Shown: positions 36,183-45,324 of the stretch, piece by piece
Layout: each line of letters opens with the position of its first letter
How positions within the stretch are numbered: position 1 is the first letter of the stretch
Source of the DNA: Polyangiales bacterium
GTDB lineage: Bacteria; Myxococcota_A; Polyangia; Polyangiales; Polyangiaceae
Length of the DNA: 64,000 nt
Direction of reading: 5' to 3'
Assembly: GCA_038230375.1 (NCBI GenBank)
Contig: JBBRNJ010000007.1
Span: forward strand, 1-64,000
The notes under the pieces: model-generated
Seen by the model: only the letters and a program-made list of their open reading frames with translations
What the model was told of the DNA's origin: nothing
Database searches by the model: none
Made by a program: the position numbers and the translations under genes

Positions 36183-37778
36183 CTACTTGCGAGCATCGGG
36201 GAGCGCGTCGCCTCCGCCCGTGCCCGTACCTGTCCCCGCCACCTTGCTAGGTTTGCCACCACCAACACCACCAACCGGTCGCTTCCCACCATTCCCATTG
36301 GCGATCGGCGTGGTCGAACCGACCGAGGCGCTCCCAGGAGGTCCGTTCGCGGTCCCGCTACCAGGCCCATTCGCGGTGCCATTCGTCGTGCCATTCGTGG
36401 TGACAGCAGGCTGCGTGAGCGAAGAACGATCGTCCGGCATGGGATTCACGGCAGGAATGGAGCCCGGCTGCATCGGCGGCACGCCACTCCCCGTCATTGG
36501 CGGAAGGTTCGTGCGATCGCGCGGCAGGAGCTCCGGCTGCGACGCGGCAGCCGTCTTGTGGCGCACGTAGAGCACCGCGCCGGCCGCGCTGCCTCCACCA
36601 ACGAAGAGGACGGCCATGCCCGCGATTGCGATCCACACGAACGGCGAGGTTCGCTTTGGCGCGGGCGGAGGGATGCTCGCCTCGGTCTTGCCCCACGACA
36701 CGCTGGTTCCGCCATGAACCTGCACGCGCGCGGACGAAGCCGCGGAGGGCATTGCGCCGGGGCTCAATGGGCCGGGCCCGACTCCACCGAAGCCCAGCGG
36801 CGTGTTGCCGCGACCAGGTTGCGAGGGATTCGAAGACGGATAGGACGGCAACGGGATGGGCACGCCGCCCTGCACGCGGCGGATCCGCTCCGCGGTCGTG
36901 GAGAGCTCTTCGTCCTGGTAGGGCTCGAGCGCGAGGACCAGCTCGGACACGCTCTGGAAGCGCCGCGCCGGATCCTTCTCCAGGCAGCGAGCAACGACGT
37001 CACAGAGAATGGTCGGCAGATCCGGGCGGCGCGTCTCTGCGCGGGGCACGGGCTCTGTCGCGACCTTCATGCAGAGCTCCATCACGTTCGTGGAGATGAA
37101 CGGGAGCGAGTGGGTGAGCAGCTCGAACAGGATGACGCCGAGCGACCAGATGTCGCCGCGCTGGTCCACGTCGCGCGATGCGCGCAGCTGCTCGGGCGAC
37201 ATGTAGCTGGGCGAGCCGATGATGGCCGTGGTGCTGGTGAGCTTCGTGTCCTGGATACTCTCTGCCTGGACCTTGGAGATGCCGAAATCCAGGACCTTGA
37301 TGAGCGCCCTGCCATCCACGCGCTGCGTGAGGAACAGGTTCGCCGGCTTCAGATCGCGGTGGACAATGCCAAGGCGGTGCGCCTCTGCGATCGCCTCGCA
37401 GGCCTGGAGCACGTAGTCCACCGCGATGCCCGGCGGAAGTGAGTCGCCCTCTTCGAGCAGCGTCGAGAGGTCCTTGCCCTCGAGGTACTCCATCACCATG
37501 AAGGGCGCGCCGTTCTCCATGTTGCCGACGTCAATCACGCGGGCAACGTGCTCGCTCTTGAGCTGCACGCAGGCCTTCGCCTCGCGCTGGAAGCGGGCGA
37601 TGATGTCTGGGCTCTCCAGCGCGTCCTGGTTCAGGAACTTGATGGCGACGCGCTGGCCGAGTGAGAGGTGCGTGGCGACCGCGACGATGCCCATGCCGCC
37701 CGCGCCGATCTGGCGCTCGATCATGTACTTCCCGGCGACCACCTGCCCGGTGTTGAATCGCAAGGTATCTTCAGCCAC
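36183..37778 (-). CDS. Membrane Ser/Thr kinase; first gene of cassette 1
   Basis: IGAGGMGIV, AIK, HRDLKPAN, DFG, GSPSYMSPE; one TM; P/G/N/T-rich tail. Start taken at GTG 37778 with GGAG SD 7 nt upstream. Confidence 0.93.
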   Translation of the reverse strand: MAEDTLRFNTGQVVAGKYMIERQIGAGGMGIVAVATHLSLGQRVAIKFLNQDALESPDIIARFQREAKACVQLKSEHVARVIDVGNMENGAPFMVMEYLEGKDLSTLLEEGDSLPPGIAVDYVLQACEAIAEAHRLGIVHRDLKPANLFLTQRVDGRALIKVLDFGISKVQAESIQDTKLTSTTAIIGSPSYMSPEQLRASRDVDQRGDIWSLGVILFELLTHSLPFISTNVMELCMKVATEPVPRAETRRPDLPTILCDVVARCLEKDPARRFQSVSELVLALEPYQDEELSTTAERIRRVQGGVPIPLPSYPSSNPSQPGRGNTPLGFGGVGPGPLSPGAMPSAASSARVQVHGGTSVSWGKTEASIPPPAPKRTSPFVWIAIAGMAVLFVGGGSAAGAVLYVRHKTAAASQPELLPRDRTNLPPMTGSGVPPMQPGSIPAVNPMPDDRSSLTQPAVTTNGTTNGTANGPGSGTANGPPGSASVGSTTPIANGNGGKRPVGGVGGGKPSKVAGTGTGTGGGDALPDARK

Positions 37779-37893
37779 GGGTGCGCTCCACGTCTTCACG
37801 CTATCAGACGGTCCGGGCCCGCGGAAGTTGCAGGATTGTGGAGACGAGGGCGACGAAAGCGAGCTACCGCTCACATGGGTCTCCGCGAAGGCG

Positions 37894-38343
37894 CTAGCGG
37901 AGGGCGCTGGGGAGCCTGGAGATCGCATTCTCCAGTGCAACGCTCATCGTGGCCCGTTCATCCGCCAGAGTGACCGATTTCTGTTCGCGTGTGGCACGGC
38001 TCTCCACAACCGCGTACACGGCGCCCGTGCGCTTGTCGCGCAGCGCGGCAGAGACCAAGCACGTGAGGGACGACCCCTCGCGCGAGGGGCGCGCCTCCAT
38101 CGAGACCACCGCCACACTGACGAGCGAGTCACGTCGGCCCGAGGGCCACGTGGTGCGGCCGATCGCGTCGAGGGCGATCTCGCGAACCTCGGGCGCCACC
38201 AGCGCGCTGTCCTTGGCGTTCACGGTGACCTCGGCGAGGGCGACCGGTCGTTCGGCCGTGTCCGCGCGCGCGAGCAGCGGCATCGCCAGGACGGCGACCG
38301 CAGGGACGAAGCACGCCAGGAACCGCTCGTGTGACCTCGTCAT
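37894..38343 (-). CDS. Small exported hypothetical protein
   Basis: Signal-like AVAVLAMPLLARA; host-like codon use. Confidence 0.6.
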   Translation of the reverse strand: MTRSHERFLACFVPAVAVLAMPLLARADTAERPVALAEVTVNAKDSALVAPEVREIALDAIGRTTWPSGRRDSLVSVAVVSMEARPSREGSSLTCLVSAALRDKRTGAVYAVVESRATREQKSVTLADERATMSVALENAISRLPSALR

Positions 38344-38444
38344 GAATGAAGCCGAACAGAGTCCGCGGTCGAGGGCCAAATTCGCCGTGTTTGACGCAGC
38401 CAAATAGCGAGGACAGCGACGGTTCGTCGCGGTACGTTATGCGC

Positions 38445-39416
38445 ATGGCAAGCCTACTCGAGCAGCTCAAGACGATGACGGTCGTGGTCGCGGACACCGG
38501 CGACATGAACTCGATGAAGCAGTTCAAGCCGCGCGACGCGACGACGAACCCGTCGCTCATCGCCGCCGCCGCGCTCATGCCGGACTACAAGCAGCTCGTG
38601 GACGACGCGCTCGTCTACGCCAAGAAGGAAGCGAAGGGCGACAACGCCGCGGCCGTGAAGGTCGCGATCGATCGCCTGTCCGTGGAGTTCGGTCTGAAGA
38701 TCCTCCAGATTGTCCCCGGCCGCGTCTCCACGGAAGTGGATGCGCGCCTCTCGTTCGATACGCAGGCGAGCATCGCGAAGGGCCGCGCGCTCATCGCGCA
38801 GTATGCGGCGGCGAACATCGGCAAGGAGCGCGTGCTCATCAAGCTCGCGACCACGTGGGAGGGCATCCGCGCCGCGGAGGTCCTGGAGAAGGAAGGCATC
38901 CACTGCAACATGACGCTGCTCTTCGGCATGCATCAGGCGGTGGCTGCGGCAGAGGCGGGCGCCACGCTCATCTCGCCGTTCGTGGGCCGCATCCTGGACT
39001 GGTACAAGAAGGACACTGGCAAGGCGAGCTATCCCCAGACGGAAGATCCGGGCGTGCTCTCCGTCAGCAAGATCTACAACTACTACAAGACGCACGGCCA
39101 CAAGACCGAGGTCATGGGCGCGAGCTTCCGCAACATCGGAGAGATCATCGAGCTCGCGGGCTGCGATCTCCTCACCATCTCTCCGCAGCTCCTCGGTGAG
39201 CTCGAGAAGACGGAAGCCACGCTCGTGAAGAAGCTGGACGCCACGAAGGCCAACGCGAGCGACTCACCGAAGATCATCGTCGACGAGAAGGCCTTCCGCG
39301 AGATGCACGAGCAGGACCGCATGGCCAAGGACAAGCTCGCCGAGGGCATCGACGGCTTCACGAAGGCCATCGTGAGCCTCGAGAAGCAACTCACGGAGCG
39401 CCTCGCGCAGCTCTGA
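38445..39416 (+). CDS. tal: Transaldolase
   Basis: [62 protein letters not shown]. Confidence 0.98.
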   Translation: MASLLEQLKTMTVVVADTGDMNSMKQFKPRDATTNPSLIAAAALMPDYKQLVDDALVYAKKEAKGDNAAAVKVAIDRLSVEFGLKILQIVPGRVSTEVDARLSFDTQASIAKGRALIAQYAAANIGKERVLIKLATTWEGIRAAEVLEKEGIHCNMTLLFGMHQAVAAAEAGATLISPFVGRILDWYKKDTGKASYPQTEDPGVLSVSKIYNYYKTHGHKTEVMGASFRNIGEIIELAGCDLLTISPQLLGELEKTEATLVKKLDATKANASDSPKIIVDEKAFREMHEQDRMAKDKLAEGIDGFTKAIVSLEKQLTERLAQL

Positions 39417-39478
39417 GCCAAGGACGCCCAGCTGCCTCTCTAGCAAGCGCGCTTTCTTTGCGCGTAGAATGATCGCCG

Positions 39479-40330
39479 ATGTCCTCGCGTATTCAGCTCG
39501 TCTCGCGGCGTCAGCTCATTCGCATGGTCGGCGGTGCGGCGACGCTCCTCGCGTCGAGCCCCGGTTGCAAGGGCTCGGGCTCTGCGTCTGGTCTCTTCAG
39601 CGACGAGCAGCGGACCGCGCTGCGCACGTTCGCGGACGTGATCATCCCTCCCGACGACGAGCCCGGCGGCGCGGACCTTGGCGCGGTCTCCTATATCGAG
39701 CGCCTGCTCACAGCGTTCGACAACAACGACGCCCCCGCGATCTTCGCGGGCGGTCCATTCTCGGGTCGTCAGCCGCTTCCGGACGCAAGCGGCCATGCGT
39801 CCACGAATTTCCCGACGAACGATTTCGCGGACCTCATCGAGCTCGATCGCGTGAGCGAGGCGTCGTGGCGCCTGCGCATTCTCGGCTCCGCAGGCCTATC
39901 GAACGGCAGCCCAAACCAGAAGCTCACTGGCGCGATCGCCTCGCTCCGCGATCAGCTGGTCGCGGGACTCGATGCCGCGATCTCCTCGGCGGATCCCCCG
40001 CTTGCGCAGCAGTCGCCTGACGATCGTGAGGCCACCTTCAACGCGCAGCCACCTGCGTGGAAGAACCTCATCATCGAGCTCGTCACCGAGGCCGCGTTCG
40101 CCGCGCCGGAGTACGGCGGCAACATCGGGCTCGCCGGCTGGAAGATGTGCCACTTCGAGGGCGACAGTCAGCCGCTCGGCTACAGCCAGTGGGATGGCGT
40201 AAAGCACGTCGAGCGGCCGGACTCGCCGCTCAGCACACCGAACCCAGGGCCCGACGTGGCGGCGATCAGCCCCGACGTCGATCAGCTCCTCAAGCTCGTC
40301 ATCGCCTTCATCGGCGGGAGGACGGCATGA
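39479..40330 (+). CDS. Gluconate 2-dehydrogenase subunit 3-like (Tat-exported small subunit)
   Basis: SRRQLI twin-arginine signal; ADVIIP, PGGADLGAVSYIERLL, PEYGGN..AGWK; ATGA overlap with the GMC gene. Confidence 0.85.
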   Translation: MSSRIQLVSRRQLIRMVGGAATLLASSPGCKGSGSASGLFSDEQRTALRTFADVIIPPDDEPGGADLGAVSYIERLLTAFDNNDAPAIFAGGPFSGRQPLPDASGHASTNFPTNDFADLIELDRVSEASWRLRILGSAGLSNGSPNQKLTGAIASLRDQLVAGLDAAISSADPPLAQQSPDDREATFNAQPPAWKNLIIELVTEAAFAAPEYGGNIGLAGWKMCHFEGDSQPLGYSQWDGVKHVERPDSPLSTPNPGPDVAAISPDVDQLLKLVIAFIGGRTA

Positions 40331-42039
40331 GGAAGACGCTCTACGGCAACACGCAGCTCGACAAGTTCGACGTCATCGTCATTGGCTCTGGCGCTGGTGG
40401 CGGCCCCGTTGCGCACGTGCTCGCCGCTGCGGGCCAGAAGGTGCTCGTGCTCGAGGCCGGCCCGTGTCACCTCGACAACATCGACGACCCCGCGCACGAC
40501 ATCGTGGCGCGCTTCTCGAACGACGAGCTCAAGATCGAGCGCCGCAACTTCATGCTGCAGAACGAGAACGTGGAGCCCCGCACCTGGCGCACCGCCGCTG
40601 CGGACGGCCCACGCATCGAGACGCTCACCGGCAACGTCCAGTTCCTGCCCAAGACCGTGGGCGGCGGCTCCGTCCACGCCGACCTCAAGATGCCGCGCTT
40701 CGAGTCGCAGGACTTCCAGTTCGGCACGCTCCTCAAGAACGTGCAGAATGCAAGCTTCGCCGACTGGCCCGTCCAGTACGACGAGCTCGAGCCGTTCTAC
40801 GCGTGGGGAGAGCGCCTGCTCGGCGTACAGGGAAAGATCGGGACAAACCCGTTCGAGTCGAAGCGCAGCGGTGACTATCCCATGCCGCCCGGCCCGCCCA
40901 TGTACGGCAGCCTTGTCGTGAACAAGGGGCTCTCCGCGCTCGGCTACACGATGTTCCCGTATCCCACGGCGGTGAACTCGATCCCGTACGACGGCCGCTC
41001 CGCGTGCAACAATTGCGGGTTCTGTTCGGGCTATGGATGTCCCATCAACGCGAAGGGCTCGTCCGCCGTGACCGTGCTCCGCAAGGCGCTCCTCACGGGC
41101 AACTGCCAGCTCCGCGCAGAGACGCGCGTCGTTCGGCTCGTCGCGAACGGTCAGGGAAACCAGATCACCGGCGTCGAGACGATCGATCCGCTGGGCGCGC
41201 GCGTCACGTTCACCGCTGATCGCTTCGTGCTCGCCGCCAGTCCGATCGAGGACGTGCGCCTCCTGCTCCTCTCAGGCGGTCTCGGCAACTCCAGCGGCAT
41301 GGTCGGACGCAACCTGATGTTCCACTACCAGACCATCGCGTTCGGCATCTACGGCGAGCGCGTACACGGATACCGCGGCCGCGCGGTCGCGCAGGGCTTC
41401 GCCGATTTTCGCGGCAAGCCGAACGACCCCGCGCATCCGCTCGCAGGCATCACGGAGATCTCCGGTGGCGGGCTCCCGGTCGGCGAGGCCTCCTACTACG
41501 CGCGCGTGCTCGCGCAGGCGAAGGCCGGAAAATGGAACGGCAAGCTCTTCAAGGCGCTCATGCGCGAGAGCCCGGCGCGCGATCGCATCATGCTCCTCGT
41601 CATCCAGGCAGAGGACGCGCCGCAGGTCTCCAACATCGTCGATCTTGATCCCGACTACGTCGATCTCGACGGGCTCCCCGTGCCGCGCTGCACGTACAAG
41701 AGTCACCCGTTCGAGGTCGCGAACGGCCAGTTCTACGAGCCCAAGCTCCTGGACATCATGATGAAGAGCGGCGCGCGCTACGCCGCGATCACGCCCCGCG
41801 ATGATGTCCCGTCCTCCCAGCACATCATGGGCACGCTTCGCTTTGGCAACGATCCCAAGACCAGCGTCTGCGACAAGAACGGGAAGTTCCACGACATCGG
41901 AAACCTGTTCGCGAGCGACGGCGCGCTGTTCCCCACTTCCTCCGGCTACAACCCAACCATGACGATCGCGTCGCTCGCACTGCGCGTGGGCGCAGCCATG
42001 GTGAACCCCGCTTCTCCCGCGAGCGTCATCAAGACTTGA
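40327..42039 (+). CDS. GMC family FAD-dependent oxidoreductase
   Basis: VIVIGSGAGG, VLEAG, VGGGS, CNNCGFCSGYGCP Fe-S motif, GRNLMFH, HIMGTLRFG, FPTSSGYNPTMT. Confidence 0.93.
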   Translation: MRKTLYGNTQLDKFDVIVIGSGAGGGPVAHVLAAAGQKVLVLEAGPCHLDNIDDPAHDIVARFSNDELKIERRNFMLQNENVEPRTWRTAAADGPRIETLTGNVQFLPKTVGGGSVHADLKMPRFESQDFQFGTLLKNVQNASFADWPVQYDELEPFYAWGERLLGVQGKIGTNPFESKRSGDYPMPPGPPMYGSLVVNKGLSALGYTMFPYPTAVNSIPYDGRSACNNCGFCSGYGCPINAKGSSAVTVLRKALLTGNCQLRAETRVVRLVANGQGNQITGVETIDPLGARVTFTADRFVLAASPIEDVRLLLLSGGLGNSSGMVGRNLMFHYQTIAFGIYGERVHGYRGRAVAQGFADFRGKPNDPAHPLAGITEISGGGLPVGEASYYARVLAQAKAGKWNGKLFKALMRESPARDRIMLLVIQAEDAPQVSNIVDLDPDYVDLDGLPVPRCTYKSHPFEVANGQFYEPKLLDIMMKSGARYAAITPRDDVPSSQHIMGTLRFGNDPKTSVCDKNGKFHDIGNLFASDGALFPTSSGYNPTMTIASLALRVGAAMVNPASPASVIKT

Positions 42040-42043
42040 AGCC

Positions 42044-43111
42044 GTGACGTCGCTTCCGTCGTTCGACATCCGCGGCTCGATGGCGTTCGGCGGCAGCTTT
42101 GCATCGCATGTACGCCGCCTGGATCCGAGCAAGCGCGGGCGCGCTCTCTACGGCACGCTGGATGGCCACGAGGTGATGGTCGTGACAAGCGAGGTCCCGC
42201 TTGGCGCGAAAGAGGTGCCACGTACCACCTTCGTGGTGCAGCTGGCGTCGCCGCTCTTCATGCAGCTCCTGGTGTATCCGCGCCGGACAGCAGCGTTCAT
42301 GTTCCGGAACCCAGTGGAGCCGCTGCTGGGCCTGCTGACCGGCGACGATGCGTGGGACACCGTCTACATGGTGACGGCCGCCGAGGAGGAGCGCGTGCGC
42401 ATGCTCCTGTCGCCTGCGCTGCTCTCGTCCTTGAAGGACGTGCTCACGCGATCGACCGGCGGCGCGCGCGAGCTCGCCATCAATGACACGATGGTGGGGG
42501 TCACGTTCGAAGGCACGCCGCTCCACACACCGTTCGTACAGCGGGTCCTGGGCGGCCTCATCGCGTGCGGGGCCGCGCTCTCGGCGCAGGCGCGGCAGAT
42601 CGCTCCGGCGCCCGTGCTCGCGCGACTGTCGAACGAGTGGGGCGCGTTCGCGAGTGATCGCCACCTGAGCTTCGTCCCGGAGCGCATGCACATGCGTGGC
42701 GTGTTTCCGACGTGGTCGCTGGACGTCGTGCTCGAGCCCACGCCTCGCTGCGTCTATGTGGCGGTGACAGCGCGCCTTGCGAGCACCCTGGACGTTGCCT
42801 TCGAGCTGCACGAGGGTCACATGGGCTGGCTCGCACGGAAGCTCGATCATGGGATCACGACCGGCGACGCCGACATCGACGAGCACTATGTCGTGCACGC
42901 AGACGCGACGCCGCGCGTACGTGAGATCCTGCAGCTGCCGGCCGTCCATGCCCTCCTCCTCCACCACGACTCGGAGGTGTCCCTGTCGAGCTCGCATGTT
43001 TTCTTGCGCGTGGCGGGTCTCGATCCGACGGTCGCGGTAGAACAGGTGACTGCGGCCGCGCATGCGATCATGGGGACCGACGTCCGCGCGATCGATCGCC
43101 CGTACAGATGA
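42044..43111 (+). CDS. Hypothetical protein with two similar halves
   Basis: LTGDDAWDTVYMVTA versus TTGDADIDEHYVVHA; host-like codon use. Confidence 0.65.
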   Translation: MTSLPSFDIRGSMAFGGSFASHVRRLDPSKRGRALYGTLDGHEVMVVTSEVPLGAKEVPRTTFVVQLASPLFMQLLVYPRRTAAFMFRNPVEPLLGLLTGDDAWDTVYMVTAAEEERVRMLLSPALLSSLKDVLTRSTGGARELAINDTMVGVTFEGTPLHTPFVQRVLGGLIACGAALSAQARQIAPAPVLARLSNEWGAFASDRHLSFVPERMHMRGVFPTWSLDVVLEPTPRCVYVAVTARLASTLDVAFELHEGHMGWLARKLDHGITTGDADIDEHYVVHADATPRVREILQLPAVHALLLHHDSEVSLSSSHVFLRVAGLDPTVAVEQVTAAAHAIMGTDVRAIDRPYR

Positions 43112-43217
43112 ACGCCGACCGCGAGGCCTGTTGAACGCGTCTCAATAGTGGGCCCGCAAAATGCACGTCGGGGTGGACATTCGCCGCGAGACGTACGACA
43201 AGGGCTGCGGGGCTTTC

Positions 43218-43862
43218 ATGGGATCGCGCAGCGAACACGACGACGAGACCATCCAGTTCGCGCACGCCGTGACGGCGCAGCGGGACGGACACGAACGGCT
43301 CGAGCACGACGCTGCCGCCAGCGATGAGAAGCCCACCATCATCGCGGCCAGCCCGTCGCAGTCCATGTTGCAGGTCGCAGATCCCACGGACGCTCTGTCG
43401 TCGCCCGAGCTCGCTCATCCCGCCGACGACGAGCCCGACACCATGATGACGCTGGCACCGGAGCCCGTATCAGGGTCCATGCCCGCGTCGCGCCCACGCC
43501 TGCCGACGCCGCGCATGGATCTCCGCATGTACACGCCCGCGAGCATCGGACCCACGGCGCTGACGCTCGCGCCGCCCGCAGTTCCGCGCACGCCGTTCCC
43601 GGTGACTCGCTTCGATGGGCCCGAGACGGGCTCCTTTCAGCGCACGCCACCCTCCCAACGAGAGTCGCGCCTTCATCCCGTCGCGTGGATCGCCGTCGGC
43701 GTCATCCTCGGCGCGGGGGCGATGGCCGCGGTCCTTGTGCTGCGCGACAACAAAGACGCGCCCACGAACGCGACACCCGCAAGCGCGAACACGCCGATCG
43801 AGACCGACCTGGACAAGGTCGCACCGATGCCCAGCGCCGCCGCACCGCACGCTCCGCGCTGA
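43218..43862 (+). CDS. Low-complexity single-TM hypothetical protein
   Basis: P/D/T-rich region, then WIAVGVILGAGAMAAVLVL; start uncertain (43161 possible). Confidence 0.55.
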   Translation: MGSRSEHDDETIQFAHAVTAQRDGHERLEHDAAASDEKPTIIAASPSQSMLQVADPTDALSSPELAHPADDEPDTMMTLAPEPVSGSMPASRPRLPTPRMDLRMYTPASIGPTALTLAPPAVPRTPFPVTRFDGPETGSFQRTPPSQRESRLHPVAWIAVGVILGAGAMAAVLVLRDNKDAPTNATPASANTPIETDLDKVAPMPSAAAPHAPR

Positions 43863-43909
43863 GCCAGCGGAACGGGGGAACGGCTCCCAGCGGAGGGAGG
43901 AGGCGGCTC

Positions 43910-45202
43910 ATGCGGTCCATGAACTGCCTGAACAGCGAGCCGCTCAGTGACGGCACGCTGCTCCTCTTCGGGTCGTGCGGTGGCCCCAACTCTGCCACCA
44001 TCTTCGATCCGGTGAACGACAAGGCGGCGGCCGTGGCGATGCCCGCCACCGGCTACATCGCGTGCCAGTGCGCGCACCAGGCAAGCGTGTCGTACGGCAA
44101 GACCCACTACATCGGCGGCGGTCGCTTCCTCTATGACGAGACCACGGGCGTCATCACCGATCTCGGCGCGTTCGACTCCGCGGCGGTCAACCACGGGGCC
44201 GTCGTGAAGCTCCTCGACGGACGCTCGCTTGCGGCTGGCGGCTCGGTGAACTACGACAACGCATTCGCCGACCTGCTCACGGCATCGAGCTCCGCCGACT
44301 GCGCGGCGTTCGGGACGCCCACGACGCCGGTCCTCGACACCGTCAGCAAGCTCTGCAAGGCGTGCGATGGCGACAACGGCGGTGCGACAGCGCTGAAGTG
44401 CTCCACAGCGGGAGCACCGGCATGTCAGAAGGGCGCCGCGAACGCGCTCCTTGGCTCGTGCACGGAGTGCTCTTCCACGAACATCGCGCTGTGCAACACC
44501 ACGAAGCCCGCGTGTGATCTGACCAAGGGCGCGTGCGCGGCGTGCGACAAGGGCTTCGGCGTGGCCGGCGCCTTGCGAGCATGCCCAACAGCCGCGGCTC
44601 CGGCATGTCATGGCGATGGCTCGTGCATTGCCGCGAACGGTGACAACGGCACCGCGGCTTCCGACCCGTGCCCCACCGCCGCGAATCCATATGTCGCCGC
44701 TGGCGGCACATGCGGCAAGTGCGCCACCAACGCGGATTGCACGGGCGCGACCCACGCAGGTCCCATCTGCAACGTGGCCGCTGGCGCGTGCGGCACCGTC
44801 TGCGCGAGCGACACGGACTGCGGAGCGACGAACTACTGCGACAAGTCCAGCGCTACGGCAACGTGCACGCCCAAGAAGGCGGACGGCGCGAGCTGCACCG
44901 TGGCGAGCGAGTGCTCCACAGCCATGTGTACGGCCGGCAAGTGCGGCGCAGGCGCAGGCGGCACGGACGCCGGCGGTGGCGGTGGTACGGACGCGGGCGG
45001 CGGCGGCGGAACGGGCGGAGGCACCGACGCGGGCTCCGGCTCCGGCTCGCCGGATTCGGGCTCGGGCTCGGGCAACGGCGACACGGGCAATTCGGGCGGC
45101 TGTAACACGGCAGGTGGCGAGGCTCCCGCAGGCGGCTTCCTCCTCGCGGCAGCTGCGGTGATGACGTTCTTCGGTCGTCGTCGTCGTCGCAACGCGGCGT
45201 GA
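43910..45202 (+). CDS. Cys-rich MYXO-CTERM-like surface protein, apparently lacking a signal peptide (possible 5'-truncated gene)
   Basis: Strong SD GGAGGAGG; Kelch-like fragments (LSDGTLLLFG, LLDGRSLAAGG); many Cys repeats; GTDAG repeats; SGGC...FLLAAAAVMTFFGRRRRR. Confidence 0.7.
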   Translation: MRSMNCLNSEPLSDGTLLLFGSCGGPNSATIFDPVNDKAAAVAMPATGYIACQCAHQASVSYGKTHYIGGGRFLYDETTGVITDLGAFDSAAVNHGAVVKLLDGRSLAAGGSVNYDNAFADLLTASSSADCAAFGTPTTPVLDTVSKLCKACDGDNGGATALKCSTAGAPACQKGAANALLGSCTECSSTNIALCNTTKPACDLTKGACAACDKGFGVAGALRACPTAAAPACHGDGSCIAANGDNGTAASDPCPTAANPYVAAGGTCGKCATNADCTGATHAGPICNVAAGACGTVCASDTDCGATNYCDKSSATATCTPKKADGASCTVASECSTAMCTAGKCGAGAGGTDAGGGGGTDAGGGGGTGGGTDAGSGSGSPDSGSGSGNGDTGNSGGCNTAGGEAPAGGFLLAAAAVMTFFGRRRRRNAA

Positions 45203-45233
45203 TCGCGTGAAAGCGCCGGCGCAGGCCGGCCGT

Positions 45234-45263
45234 GGACCCCCGATGCGCTCGTGTCGGGGGTCC
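45234..45263. terminator. GC-rich hairpin downstream of the MYXO-CTERM gene
   Basis: GGACCCCCGA (45234-45243) pairs with TCGGGGGTCC (45254-45263); no clear U-tract. Confidence 0.45.
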
Positions 45264-45324
45264 TCGTCATTTGACACACGAACGCGTGTTGGCCACCCGC
45301 TGCCTCGTCGCATATCCTGCGGAC

